Below, in pieces: positions 1 through 10,730 of a stretch of DNA of 64,000 nucleotides (the first letter of the stretch is position 1; every line of letters starts with the position of its first letter). Made by a program: the position numbers and the translations under genes. The notes below the pieces were generated by a model, which was not told the origin of the DNA, searched no databases, and saw only the letters and a program-made list of their open reading frames with translations. This DNA comes from Synechococcus sp. (GTDB lineage: Bacteria; Cyanobacteriota; Cyanobacteriia; Thermostichales; PCC-7336). The DNA is taken from assembly GCA_051439605.1 (NCBI GenBank), contig JBFRWN010000098.1:51189-115188 (forward strand), read 5' to 3'.

Positions 1-261
1 CTCTCGAATTTGCCAACTTTTTGACCGAGACTTAAGAGCTGCTCCTCGAAGCACCAGCACAACACGTGCCATTTCCCCCGCAATACCTCCACGGCTAAAG
101 GGCAATCAGAAAAAACTCCTGAGGCGATCGTCAACTTCAGTTAGCGGCTATGCTTGCCTTAATCACATACACTATATGTAGAGCCCTATTGATTTCAAGA
201 TCGAATAAAGGCCCACATGTAGAGTTAAGCCTTATCTCAATGAAGGCTATTTAGTCTGTCA

Positions 262-1179
262 ATGTGGGAACAAAGCATGAGATACGAGTTGCCAAAAAGC
301 TATTCTGGGCGCGCTACCGTTAGCAATCGCCACATTACTCCGATGCCTCTGCCAGAAGAGGCCCAAAACAGATCCCCTTATCCCAATCAACCGGGTTATA
401 CCAGCCAATTGGAAACAATGACCCCTGAACGACTGGCATCCGCCCCTGAACCTCCTCTGCAACGCCTGCCGAAGAATGTGGTTCCAGCAGCCTACTACAC
501 TAAGCTGCTGGCTGAATACGAAAGCTGCACCCGGCAAAACAAGCAGTTGCGACAAACCCTCGAGCAACTTTTGGGGGACATTTCCAACATGCAAGCAAAA
601 TACGAGCAAGTCGTTGCAGAAGCTGTTGCTTCTCGTCCATCGCCCGCGCTCATTCGTCCACCCAGCCCTTCTTTTTACGCCAATAAAAAGGATGGTCAGT
701 TGCATCAGCGTCAACCACGACCTGCGTTGGAGGCAATTTCACCCGCCCCGCAAGACAACAACCGCAACCTGACCAATTTCAATAAGGCCGATCTGAATAA
801 GTTATTGCCAAGACTCAGTTTTCTCAACCGATTGCGTCAGAGCGGGCGGCAATCTGCCCCTTCTCCACAACAATACGCACCACAGCAAGATGCATATCAG
901 TTAGACGAGGTTAACAGCTTGAGCGATTTCCAAGGAGTGCAACCTTCCCCTGCCAACTTTTCTAGTCAGCAAGCAGGCGCTCAGGATATCGAATGCGATA
1001 GCCCCTACATGCGGGCTCGCGAAGAACAGGCCCAGAACGGTTCCCCACTATGGATATGGCTAGTGGCATGGCTACTGTTGCTGCCCGTGTCCGCAGGATT
1101 GGGCTACACCTTCGTACAGTGGATGGTGAATGCCGATGCTCCCACCCCCACGCCTAGCGTTATTCAGGAGGCAGAATAA
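262..1179 (+). CDS. Hypothetical protein: Pro/Gln-rich, central coiled coil, single C-terminal TM helix
   Basis: 305-aa ORF; heptad-like segment YTKLLAEYESCTRQNKQLRQTLEQLL; hydrophobic WIWLVAWLLLLPVSAGLGYTFV near the C-terminus. Confidence 0.6.
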   Translation: MWEQSMRYELPKSYSGRATVSNRHITPMPLPEEAQNRSPYPNQPGYTSQLETMTPERLASAPEPPLQRLPKNVVPAAYYTKLLAEYESCTRQNKQLRQTLEQLLGDISNMQAKYEQVVAEAVASRPSPALIRPPSPSFYANKKDGQLHQRQPRPALEAISPAPQDNNRNLTNFNKADLNKLLPRLSFLNRLRQSGRQSAPSPQQYAPQQDAYQLDEVNSLSDFQGVQPSPANFSSQQAGAQDIECDSPYMRAREEQAQNGSPLWIWLVAWLLLLPVSAGLGYTFVQWMVNADAPTPTPSVIQEAE

Positions 1180-1487
1180 CGGTTTGGGATCCCTATGGCT
1201 TAGAATGCCGAAGGATATGAAACACCTTATGAAAAAAGGAAACAGAGCTTTATCGCTGGAAGCTATCTGCTTGGACCAGAGAGCCCTCTTAATTTGAGCT
1301 TTTACGAGAGTATGACCATCTGGGACAGTTGAGCCATCTGCTAGTCGGCAACTAACGCTCGAACTGTCTAGGTTTGAGGCGTCAGCGCTAAATCTTGGGT
1401 TACCCCTTACACTAATGTGTATCGACGGCACTTGTGCCGAAATGTTACGCTGCCTCTGCTTAGCCCTACTCGTAGTCTGAAGTTCTC

Positions 1488-2858
1488 ATGGTTGCCTCCC
1501 CCATTCCTCAAACGACCGGTCAGTCTCCCAATCAATCGTTGTATCCAGTCACCGCAGACATAAACGATGCAGGTCACTTGGAACTAGGAGGTTGTGATGT
1601 TGTGGAGTTAGCGCAAACCTACGGAACGCCCCTCTACATCGTTGACGAATCGACCATTCGGCAAACCTGTCGCAGTTACCTTGAGAGTTTCGAGCAGTTT
1701 TATAGCGACGATCCAGATCGCGTGTTAGTTCTGTTCGCGTCTAAGGCGTGGAACTGCAAAGCTATTTGTGCCCTTGTCGCTCAAGAGGGCCTGGGCATTG
1801 ATGTTGTCTCTGGCGGAGAGCTTTATACAGCGCTCCAAGCTGGTTTGACAGGCGATCGCATCTATCTACATGGCAACTATAAATCTGCCACTGAATTAGA
1901 AATGGCAGTAGATGCAGACTGTACCGTAGTCGTGGACAATCTGTACGAGCTGCAGACCCTAGCCCAAATTGCTGGTTGCAAAAATAGGAATGTGCGGGTC
2001 ATGCTGCGGGTGACACCTGGTATTGAGTGCCATACTCACGAGTACATTAAAACCGGCCATATCGATAGCAAGTTCGGGTTCGACCCCAATCACCTAGAAG
2101 GGGTCTTCAAACAACTCAGCCAACTCCCACTCATCAACTTCGTCGGTCTGCACGCTCACATTGGATCTCAAATCTTCGAACTTCAGCCCCACAACGATCT
2201 GGGCAATGTTCTCTGCCAGTTTTGGGTGAAAGCCCAGAGCTACGGCCTCAACCCCACCGAACTTAACGTCGGTGGCGGCCTAGGGATTCGCTACGTCGAG
2301 AGCGACGATCCCCCTTCGATACCCGAATGGGTCAAGTCCGTTTGTGAGGGGGTCAAGTCGAGCTTTACTCAGGCGGGGTTAGCTCTTCCTCGCCTACTGT
2401 GCGAGCCGGGCCGGTCCCTCGTGGGGCCATCCACCGTCACGGCTTATACCGCTGGGGGCAGCAAAGAAATTCCCAATATTCGCACTTACCTGACAGTGGA
2501 TGGTGGCATGTCGGACAACCCACGTCCGATCACCTACCAAGCCCCTTATACCCCCGTCCTGGCCAACCGGCCCGAAGCCCCCGCAACACAAACCGTAACC
2601 GTCGCCGGTAAGCACTGTGAATCGGGTGACGTGCTGCTCAAAGACGTCGAAATGCCGGCGATCGCTCCGGGGGAAATTGTCGTCATTTTAGCCACTGGAG
2701 CCTACAACTACAGCATGGCCTCCAACTATAATCGCCTGCCTCGCCCCGCAGCTGTTCTGGTTCGCGAAGGTGCAGCAGACATCATCATCGAGAGGGAAAC
2801 TTACGAAGACCTTTTACGTCAAGATGCTTTACCTTCCCGTTTGACCCCCGCCGACTAA
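1488..2858 (+). CDS. lysA: Diaminopimelate decarboxylase
   Basis: YGTPLY, FASKA (PLP Lys), HIGSQ, EPGRSL, CESGD, GAYNYSMASNYN. Confidence 0.97.
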   Translation: MVASPIPQTTGQSPNQSLYPVTADINDAGHLELGGCDVVELAQTYGTPLYIVDESTIRQTCRSYLESFEQFYSDDPDRVLVLFASKAWNCKAICALVAQEGLGIDVVSGGELYTALQAGLTGDRIYLHGNYKSATELEMAVDADCTVVVDNLYELQTLAQIAGCKNRNVRVMLRVTPGIECHTHEYIKTGHIDSKFGFDPNHLEGVFKQLSQLPLINFVGLHAHIGSQIFELQPHNDLGNVLCQFWVKAQSYGLNPTELNVGGGLGIRYVESDDPPSIPEWVKSVCEGVKSSFTQAGLALPRLLCEPGRSLVGPSTVTAYTAGGSKEIPNIRTYLTVDGGMSDNPRPITYQAPYTPVLANRPEAPATQTVTVAGKHCESGDVLLKDVEMPAIAPGEIVVILATGAYNYSMASNYNRLPRPAAVLVREGAADIIIERETYEDLLRQDALPSRLTPAD

Positions 2859-2875
2859 GAGTAAGGACCTCGCCC

Positions 2876-3784
2876 ATGTTCGGGGCTTTGACAACATGGC
2901 TGCAATCGCTCATTGGTGAGATCTCCGCATCAGTTTTGCTGGACTGGGGATTGGTGATACTCCTAATAGGCTTTGCACTCTACGCTACGCGAAGTACGCG
3001 TGCCGTTTGGCTTGTACGCGGCTACGTTGTCCTGCTCATGCTGGCTTCCCTAACCCGTCCCCTCGAGTTGCTGCATCAAGTCCTGAATGGAGTGCTGATT
3101 GGGGCGGCAGTTGCTTTGGCAGTATTATTTCAACCCGAACTTCGCAAAATGCTCGAGCAATTGGGGCGGGGAGATTGGTTTGAGTTTTTACCAGTGTTGA
3201 TTAAGCCTTCAACCGCGAATAGCAACCGCCGCACCGAGAATGCCCTCGACGAATTAATTCTAGCGGTAAAAGATTTGTCTAAAAACCGCACGGGTGCCCT
3301 GGTCGTGATCGAGCTTGAACAGGCGATCGATCCCCGCATCTTTACCGATGTAGGAGTTGAAATTCAAGGGCAAGTCTCAAAAGAACTCCTCCAAACAATT
3401 TTTCAGACATCCACCCTTTTACATGATGGCGCTGTCCTAATCTCTAGCGATCGCATCAAGGCTGCTGGAGTAATTTTGCCCGTATCAGAACGGGTAGCAT
3501 CCCGTCAGTTGGGGACTCGACACCGAGCAGCCATGGGGATTACCGAACAGGCCACCTGCTTGTGTATTGTAGTTTCTGAAGAAACAGGTTCAATTTCCCT
3601 GGCCGAAGCAGGCCGTCTTCAACGTCCCCTCACAAGCTCTATGCTGAGAGATGCCCTGGTCCAGCGGTTGCGCCCAAAACGGGAACCCAGCCGCGGTGCC
3701 TCTTCTTGGTCAGGTTGGGCCAACAACTTAGCAGGTTCATCGCGTCGTTTTATTACTGCACTGCAGGAAAGGCTGTCTAAATAA
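2876..3784 (+). CDS. cdaA: Diadenylate cyclase (membrane-bound)
   Basis: Three N-terminal TM segments, LHDGA and GTRHRAA DAC motifs; lysA-cdaA-uppS synteny typical of cyanobacteria. Confidence 0.95.
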   Translation: MFGALTTWLQSLIGEISASVLLDWGLVILLIGFALYATRSTRAVWLVRGYVVLLMLASLTRPLELLHQVLNGVLIGAAVALAVLFQPELRKMLEQLGRGDWFEFLPVLIKPSTANSNRRTENALDELILAVKDLSKNRTGALVVIELEQAIDPRIFTDVGVEIQGQVSKELLQTIFQTSTLLHDGAVLISSDRIKAAGVILPVSERVASRQLGTRHRAAMGITEQATCLCIVVSEETGSISLAEAGRLQRPLTSSMLRDALVQRLRPKREPSRGASSWSGWANNLAGSSRRFITALQERLSK

Positions 3785-4533
3785 TGACTGCAACCTCCGG
3801 CTTACTCACCCAGCTACCCATCGATTTGGATACAGCCGCGTTGCCCCGACACGTTGCTGCAATCATGGATGGCAACGGTCGCTGGGCCCAACAGCAGAAG
3901 CTGCCAAGAGTCATGGGACATCGAAAGGGGGTTGATGCCCTCAAGGACCTATTGCGCTGTTGCAAAGATTGGGGAATTCCAGCACTAACGGTCTACGCCT
4001 TTTCAACCGAGAATTGGGGACGGCCGCTGGATGAAGTGGATTTCTTGATGGTGCTATTCGAACGCATGCTTAGGGCCGAGTTAGCAGAACTCATCCGTGA
4101 AGATGTGCGCATTCGGTTTGTCGGCAATCTGGATCGCCTCAGGACTTCTCTAAAAGAAGAAATTTCTGGTGCCATGGCTGCAACAGCAGCCAATCAAGGG
4201 GTACAGTTTACTGTCGCCATGAACTATGGCAGTCGGGAAGAGATCGTACGGGCTTGTCGCCGATTAGCGAACCAAGTCAAGGATGGCACGATCGCCCCCG
4301 AGGAGATCACCGAAGAACTCTTTGCCCGCCACCTCTATACCCACGAACTGCAAGATCCTGACTTGTTGATACGCACCAGTGGGGAGCAGAGGCTCAGTAA
4401 CTATTTGCTATGGCAGATGGCCTACACCGAGCAGTATTTCACCTCTACCCTTTGGCCTGACTTCGATCGCGCGGCCTTCCACCAAGCTCTACTCAGCTAT
4501 CAACAGCGCCACCGCCGGTTCGGAAAACTGTAG
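3784..4533 (+). CDS. uppS: Isoprenyl transferase (undecaprenyl diphosphate synthase)
   Basis: [43 protein letters not shown] stop/start overlap with cdaA. Confidence 0.96.
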   Translation: MTATSGLLTQLPIDLDTAALPRHVAAIMDGNGRWAQQQKLPRVMGHRKGVDALKDLLRCCKDWGIPALTVYAFSTENWGRPLDEVDFLMVLFERMLRAELAELIREDVRIRFVGNLDRLRTSLKEEISGAMAATAANQGVQFTVAMNYGSREEIVRACRRLANQVKDGTIAPEEITEELFARHLYTHELQDPDLLIRTSGEQRLSNYLLWQMAYTEQYFTSTLWPDFDRAAFHQALLSYQQRHRRFGKL

Positions 4534-4956
4534 AGACCACCAACAGGTCTACACTGAAGACCCATCCAGCCATCGCAGGAGCAAGCAAGACCTGCAGAAG
4601 TAGGGAGGTACATGGGAGACCTTCTCGATAGCCAAGTCGGTTATGGGTCGATCGTTAGCACGTGCAGGATTTAAGAATGCTTTGGGTCCAGTAATTTTGG
4701 CAGCCATATGGCTCGGCCTCACTCTACATGCCTTTTTCGCCAGTTTTTTGCCCTTACAGAATGCCGGTAGATACCGAGCTTTTGTCCGCATTGACTGCAA
4801 TACAGCTTGTTGAGAACAATAATAAGTTGTTTCCCCATAAATGCCAGCAGTCGCCAAACAGCATGAGAAACTTTGATATGGGGTGAATGTCAAGTGATAA
4901 TCTCGATATCAATTCTACGTACTACATATATCTCTGCGACAAGGGAGAAAACTGTT

Positions 4957-5385
4957 ATGAGAAACCATTGGCTTGCGGGTCTATCTCGCCTTTGCAAAGC
5001 AACCCTAACCTTTATCGTTGGCCTCAGTCTCGTCTGCAACCTAGCGGCCCCTGCTTTTGCCCAGGAAGAAGCAGCGGCCCCTGCAGCCAAAGCTGAAGTT
5101 ACTGAAGTTGACGGTGTTCCCGTTATCGATTTGGAACCAAAGCTCGATCTAAACTACGCAATGTTGCGCCGTTTTCGCGAGCTACCTGGTTTTTACCCTA
5201 CTTTGGGTCAAAAAATTCTTAAGGCCGTGCCTTTCGACTCTGTTGAGGATCTCCTTGAGATGGATGGCTTAACTGAAAAGCAGGTTCGACTCCTCAAAGC
5301 CAACTTCAAAAACTTTGTTGTTGGGGAATATGACGAAGGAGCCAATGACTTTGAAACCCGACTAAACAAGGGCTTCTACGACTAG
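4957..5385 (+). CDS. psbU: Photosystem II 12 kDa extrinsic protein
   Basis: Signal peptide ending APAFA; KLDLN...FRELPGFYPTLG...PFDSVEDLL...RLNKGFY; start moved to ATG 4957 after AGGGAG. Confidence 0.9.
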   Translation: MRNHWLAGLSRLCKATLTFIVGLSLVCNLAAPAFAQEEAAAPAAKAEVTEVDGVPVIDLEPKLDLNYAMLRRFRELPGFYPTLGQKILKAVPFDSVEDLLEMDGLTEKQVRLLKANFKNFVVGEYDEGANDFETRLNKGFYD

Positions 5386-5415
5386 TGCCGGTCGTTATCA
5401 ATCATCCTGAATTCC

Positions 5416-5448
5416 AACCGGGGTAGCGATGGTGCCACCCCGGTTTTT
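5416..5448 (+). terminator. Intrinsic terminator after psbU
   Basis: AACCGGGGT...ACCCCGGTT stem followed by a T-run. Confidence 0.7.
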
Positions 5449-5515
5449 GTTAATGTCGAGAACGGCTAGCCAATCAAGGGATGGGTAACGCCAGAGAACA
5501 TTTAGGGCGAATGGT

Positions 5516-6013
5516 ATGGTGCGAGAGCAGATATCGGTACTTGCACTGGATGTGGGAGATCGCCGCATTGGCGTTGCCGGCTGTGACGGCATGGGCCTGA
5601 TAGCCACCGGACTCACCACCATCCATCGCCAAAGCTTCAAAGTCGACATTGAAGCTTTGCGCCAGCTAGTAGTGGAACGACAAGCCCAACGATTTGTGGT
5701 GGGATTGCCCTTCAATATGGATGGCAGCTTGGGGTCCCAGGCGCGCAAGGTCAAAAAGTTTATGAGATCTGTGGTCAAACACATTCCATTACCAGTGGAC
5801 TACGTGGATGAACGCCTCACCACCGTCCAAGCACGTTGGAATCTCAAAGCTGCGGGCATTAAGCTGGGACAATCCAATAAGGGGCTGATAGACCGCGAAG
5901 CTGCCGCAGCCATTCTTCAGCAGTGGCTCGAACAACGTAGGCTGCAACAAGAACGAGAACAAGCTGTAAATCCAATCCCGGAAGATTCTGGAACGGGTAC
6001 CGCGTCACAGTAG
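5516..6013 (+). CDS. ruvX: YqgF/RuvX pre-16S rRNA nuclease
   Basis: LALDVGDRRIGVA, VVGLP, VDERLTT, IDREAA. Confidence 0.92.
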   Translation: MVREQISVLALDVGDRRIGVAGCDGMGLIATGLTTIHRQSFKVDIEALRQLVVERQAQRFVVGLPFNMDGSLGSQARKVKKFMRSVVKHIPLPVDYVDERLTTVQARWNLKAAGIKLGQSNKGLIDREAAAAILQQWLEQRRLQQEREQAVNPIPEDSGTGTASQ

Positions 6014-6042
6014 ACTGTTTTTGAGTATATTTGCCGGCGTTT

Positions 6043-6582
6043 ATGAGTGACACGCTGCTTCTACGCGATGAACTGAACCACACTCTCGAATGCGAGATCC
6101 TCAAGCTAGTCGACCTTGAAAGCGAAGACTACGCTTTGCTCATGCCTGTTCACCAACCGGTACAGATTTTGGCATGGGAGGAGGGTGAGTCAGAGGAAGA
6201 CGACGACGAGGGAGGGTTGATCGATCTTGAAGAAGGCGAACTAGAAGCTGTATTTGCCACAGCACAAGCAGTCCTGGGAGAACTGAATCTCAAGCTCCGT
6301 CTCAGCGCCTACACGCTGACAGTAGAGGGAGATCTGCCCGAACCCATTGAGGAAACGGCGATCGAAATCGCCAATGGGGAAGACGAAGAAGATATCGAGG
6401 AATATCAATTACTGGCAACGTTTTTCCATGAAGAGTGTCAGTTTGGTGTCTTTGCCCCTCTGGATCCCCTATTATTTTTTGCCTCGCAGCCTAACGGTTC
6501 TAACCCATCTCTCGTTTCCCCAGAAGATGACGAAGTGTTATTTTCGCGCCTTCAAGATCGATTGTTAGATTTAGCGGAATAA
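6043..6582 (+). CDS. Acidic DUF3727-like cyanobacterial protein
   Basis: Very acidic; AQAVLGELNLKLRLSAYTLTVEG and PLDPLLF; usual position between ruvX and mltG. Confidence 0.75.
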   Translation: MSDTLLLRDELNHTLECEILKLVDLESEDYALLMPVHQPVQILAWEEGESEEDDDEGGLIDLEEGELEAVFATAQAVLGELNLKLRLSAYTLTVEGDLPEPIEETAIEIANGEDEEDIEEYQLLATFFHEECQFGVFAPLDPLLFFASQPNGSNPSLVSPEDDEVLFSRLQDRLLDLAE

Positions 6583-6650
6583 CTCATGCCCTCTTACCCC
6601 CCTAAAGCTTGGACGTTGCGACGAGCTGAAACTGATGCCAGGATAAATGG

Positions 6651-6691
6651 GGAAAAATGTAACCAGCAAAGCTGGAAAAATGTAACCAGCA
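6651..6691. repeat. 18-bp direct repeat GGAAAAATGTAACCAGCA x2
   Basis: Exact copies at 6651-6668 and 6674-6691, just before the mltG RBS GGAGG. Confidence 0.85.
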
Positions 6692-6705
6692 CGGGAGGTT
6701 AAGTC

Positions 6706-7770
6706 GTGGGTTGGGTGCGCAACTGCATCAGGCTAGTGCTTGCAACAGGGATTGTCGCCAGCACAGCAGCGGTTGGAGGCTGGTACGGCTGGCGTCGACT
6801 GTCAGCGCCGGTCGTTGACCCTGCTTCAGATGCGTCTACTATTCGCATCACTATTGAACCTGGCAGCAACCTGCGGGACATTAGCCAGCAACTGCAGGCA
6901 GAGGGGGTTTTGCGTTCAGCTGCATCACTGGAACTGTGGATGCGTCTGAAGGATTTGGAGCCGAAGGCAGGTTCGTTCAATTTCGATCCCCGCTTAAGGA
7001 CTCCTGAAATTGCAGCAGTGCTTCATGACGGGAGAGGAGTAGGCATCCAGTTCACGATTCCTGAGGGCTGGAGATTGACCCAAATGGCCGCCTACTTTGC
7101 TGACCTCGACTGGTTCTCTACCGAAGAGTTTCTTACCGCCGCCGAGCCAAAGAATTGGACTCAATATGAGTGGCTCCCCGCCAATCTTCCCCATCTAGAG
7201 GGGTGGTTGTTTCCCGACACCTATCAAATTTCGCCCGATCGCCGCACTCCTGAGGCCGCGATCGCCCGCATGCTAAAGAAATTTGAAACCACAGCACTGC
7301 CGTTATACCAAGACTATGTAGCTAGTCACCCCAATCCCAAACTGACCCTGTTAGAGTGGGTTACTCTATCCAGCATTGTGGAGAAAGAGGCCGTATTGCC
7401 TGCAGAGCGTCCTGAGATTGCGGGGGTTTTCAGCAATCGACTCGTACGCGGCATTCCTCTGGGTTCCGATCCCACTGTGGAATATGCCTTTAACATCACC
7501 CAAACCCCCGATCGGCGTTTAACCTACGAAGAAGTGGGGCGTCCATCCCCTTATAATACTTACGTCACAGCCGGCTTACCACCAACAGCGATCGCCAGTC
7601 CCGGCCTTGCTAGCCTCACAGCCACCCTATCGCCCGCAACTACAGACAACCTATACTTTGTCGCCCGCTACGATGGTAGCCACGTCTTTAGCAAAACCTA
7701 CGAACAGCATCTGGCAGCCCAAAGGGAAATCGTTCGAGAACACCAACTCAAACCCAATGGCTCGGAATAA
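6706..7770 (+). CDS. mltG: Endolytic transglycosylase MltG
   Basis: N-terminal TM, TIPEG, LEGWLFPDTY, SIVEKE, SPYNTY, GLPPTAIASPG. Confidence 0.95.
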   Translation: MGWVRNCIRLVLATGIVASTAAVGGWYGWRRLSAPVVDPASDASTIRITIEPGSNLRDISQQLQAEGVLRSAASLELWMRLKDLEPKAGSFNFDPRLRTPEIAAVLHDGRGVGIQFTIPEGWRLTQMAAYFADLDWFSTEEFLTAAEPKNWTQYEWLPANLPHLEGWLFPDTYQISPDRRTPEAAIARMLKKFETTALPLYQDYVASHPNPKLTLLEWVTLSSIVEKEAVLPAERPEIAGVFSNRLVRGIPLGSDPTVEYAFNITQTPDRRLTYEEVGRPSPYNTYVTAGLPPTAIASPGLASLTATLSPATTDNLYFVARYDGSHVFSKTYEQHLAAQREIVREHQLKPNGSE

Positions 7771-7983
7771 CAGAGCGACAGTATAAGGCAGACTATTCCT
7801 GTTGTTATATTCACAGAGTGGGGCAATTGCCTGCCAGGTAGACTAAACTTCGAGCCGAGCCATAACGGCATCCAGGCGATTCTATAGGGGTTCTTTGATC
7901 TCCACAATGACAGCTAGAGGCCAAATAGACTCATCCACTCGAGATAATACACCCTATCCACCGTTACAATCAGCTAAGGACTC

Positions 7984-8526
7984 ATGTTGAGCAGCACCAT
8001 GGCAGGTTCCCGAATCACCCATTGGATTCAGCTGTTGCAGCCGGATATTGTTGTGGGCGGTCCAGCAACCGATCTCTCCCCAGAAATTTTTCAGGCGAGG
8101 GGAATTCGGGGACTGATTCTGGATATCGACAACACCATAGTCCCCACCACTAGGCCAGAGGCAACAACCGAGGTCAAATCATGGCTAGAAGAAATGCAAA
8201 ATGCATTTCCCATTTGGCTGGTGAGCAATAATTGGAATGCCAGCCGCATACGCCGGATTGCGATAGACTCCAATTTGCCCCATATCAGCCGAGCGGGGAA
8301 ACCCTCGCGGCGGGCCCTGAGAAAAGCAGCCGAAGAGATGCAACTCCCTCCACCCGAGATTGCTGTGGTCGGAGATCGCATCTTTACCGACGTGATTGGC
8401 GGCAATCGCCTGGGCATGCTGACGACCTTTGTCGATCCCGTAGAACCTACTCTGCGACGGCCGCAGTTCTCCCTCGAAAGGCTCTTTTCATTGGCTTGGG
8501 GGATAAATCTAAAGAAAACATTATGA
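7984..8526 (+). CDS. YqeG-family HAD IIIA phosphatase
   Basis: LDIDNT, VSNN, KP, VGDRIFTDVIGGNRLG. Confidence 0.9.
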   Translation: MLSSTMAGSRITHWIQLLQPDIVVGGPATDLSPEIFQARGIRGLILDIDNTIVPTTRPEATTEVKSWLEEMQNAFPIWLVSNNWNASRIRRIAIDSNLPHISRAGKPSRRALRKAAEEMQLPPPEIAVVGDRIFTDVIGGNRLGMLTTFVDPVEPTLRRPQFSLERLFSLAWGINLKKTL

Positions 8527-8632
8527 TTACAAGAACTCACTATAATCTCTGCAACTATTTCCTTAGCTTATATGGAGCCAAATTCTTAAAGAGGCTCTAA
8601 ACGTTCAATATTCTTCTGTATAAATCGCTTAC

Positions 8633-8662
8633 GTGACCCCTCCTGAGTTCAGGAGGGGTTAT
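8633..8662. repeat. 30-bp near-perfect palindrome (copy 1)
   Basis: GTGACCCCTCCTGAG|TTCAGGAGGGGTTAT; homologous to 10413-10442. Confidence 0.8.
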
Positions 8663-9084
8663 TTATGTCGACCGTCCAGTCGCTTAGAACATTTCAGAGA
8701 TACCAGAGCCCTGACTAGGAATACCGTCAGTTCGTTAGTATTGGCCTCTAATAAACGTGAGCGGAATGTGAACGAAAATGATGTAGGCATTCGAGGCTCT
8801 TGTCCCCCTTTCCCGAGTCGGGAGAAGGGAATCGATCTCAGGCGGACTAGATCTTTCTGTCCGAACTGAAATGGCCATAGCTATGTTTGGCGTCACAGTT
8901 TTTTTTGCAATCAAGATCACCGAGTCAAGATCAATTCTTCTGAATCACCGCGTAAGGGGTTTAAACGAGCGCATACTGTCCGCACCTGTTATTAGCGTGC
9001 CTATCACGAGTCCCTCACCGAGCTTCATTTGCTCCTGCAGGTCCACAAGAAGCCAAGTTAGCAACTTATAACCATCAACCAGCG

Positions 9085-10259
9085 TAAGCAGTCCAGGGTA
9101 GAAAAAAGACACTAAATTTAGATATGTAAAGGTTTGCTTGAGGAGTAATTGTATTTATGGGAGCACGAATGAGAGTGTTTCTGACCCCAGCTGAAGAGCG
9201 AACCCTGTGGGAGCTGAGAAAAGCCACCACCGTCATCCAGAGAGTCAAAGACCGCGCTGAAGCCGTACGCTTGAGTCATCAAGGCTGGTATGTGGAGAAA
9301 ATTGCCGCCCATCTCCACTGGCACATTAGTACAGTCAGGACAACCCTCAAACGTTGGCAGGATAGAGGATTAGGAGGTCTCTGGGATGCTCCAGGACGAG
9401 GAAAAGAGCGTACCTGGCAAGAGGAAGACATCGTTTATCTAGAGAATTGCCTACGGGAAGAGGAGAGAACCTACAACAGCGCGCAGCTGGCGGAGAAACT
9501 CAAGTGCGAGCGTGGTGTGAGTCTGAGTCCCGATCACCTACGCCAGATCCTCAAAAAAAGGGTGTGATTTGGAAGCGCACCCGACAAAGTCACCGGCAGC
9601 GACAAGACTCTGAACAATGCGCCATCAAGCAAGCCGACTTGGAGATGTTAGAGATGGCGGCAGCAGTGGGGGAGATTGATTTGCTCTACGGCGATGAGTC
9701 CAGTTGCTGCTTGTGGAGTGCCGCCAGTTACAGCTACTATTTCCGCGGCGAGCAGAAGCGGCAAGAGCAGACCCAGAAGCGGGGTCGACGACTCAGCATT
9801 ATGGGCTTGTGGCAGCCCTTCATGAGCTTTGTTTTCAGCTTGGTGTTGGGTGGATTCAAAAGCCCAGACTTCATCGCCATGATGGACGAGCAGGCGCGCG
9901 TTGCGGCTGATGCCTTCCAGCGCACGGGTCGGATTCGCGTGATTGTCCTGGACAATGGCTCGATCCACACCAGCAAGGCAGCGACAGCTAAGCTCTCGGA
10001 ATGGCAAGCTCAGGGCCTTTACCTCTTCTTCTTGCCACCCTATTGCTCGGAGATGAACCCAATTGAACTGGAATGGGAGCATCTCAAGCGCGATGAGCTG
10101 GTTGGCCAGATGTTTGAGTCGGAACAGGAGTTGGCTTGCCACGTGGTCTTTGGACTTGAAGCTCGGGGCGAGCGGAATTGTCATACGGCTGAATATGTCA
10201 ACCTTCGTCCATCGCAAAAATGCGTTACATAGTTCGTTATTTCTTGCCTGGCCTACTTA
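9085..10259 (+). mobile_element. IS630-family insertion sequence, apparently complete
   Basis: TA at both ends; left TAAGCAGTCCAGGGTAGAAA vs reverse-complemented right TAAGTAGGCCAGGCAAGAAA (16/20 match); encloses HTH and DDE ORFs. Confidence 0.92.
9157..10232 (+). CDS. IS630 transposase, two ORFs joined by a probable -1 frameshift
   Basis: ORF1 9157-9567 HTH; ORF2 carries YGDES, VLDNGSIH, EMNPIE; slippery A7G at 9553-9560. Confidence 0.9.
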
Positions 10260-10412
10260 CAAGTAATTACAGAGCCCAAAGGATTATGAAGAAAATATTA
10301 CGTATTCAATCGATCCCGCACAAAATCTGGCAATGTAATAGGTGTTGAAACGGAACCGCCACGATATATAAGGTTCTGACCATAAATCCCCTGAGGATAT
10401 ATTCCTTCGCAA

Positions 10413-10442
10413 GTAACTCCTTCCGAATTCGGAAGGAGTTAC
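10413..10442. repeat. Perfect 30-bp palindrome (copy 2)
   Basis: GTAACTCCTTCCGAA|TTCGGAAGGAGTTAC, no spacer. Confidence 0.9.
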
Positions 10443-10730
10443 CTTTATGAAGGTCAAAGACCTCCTTCTGCCAGGGTTCAATTAGATACGACAACCATCC
10501 TCTCAACCTCTACAGACAGGGACAGAAAACTTGACATTACTAGAGCAACAACAGAGATCCCCAACTGTGGCAACACGAACGCGATGTTTAGGCTCGGCGA
10601 TCGCCACAAAGATTCAATAGTCCGCCAAAGAATAGCAGTACTATTTTTCTAGGGGTCGATCTCGACCATTGCTTTGCGATCTTTTTCGCAATCCGAGCTA
10701 TCTCACAAGCGCTCTAGTCCCAGGCTCCCT

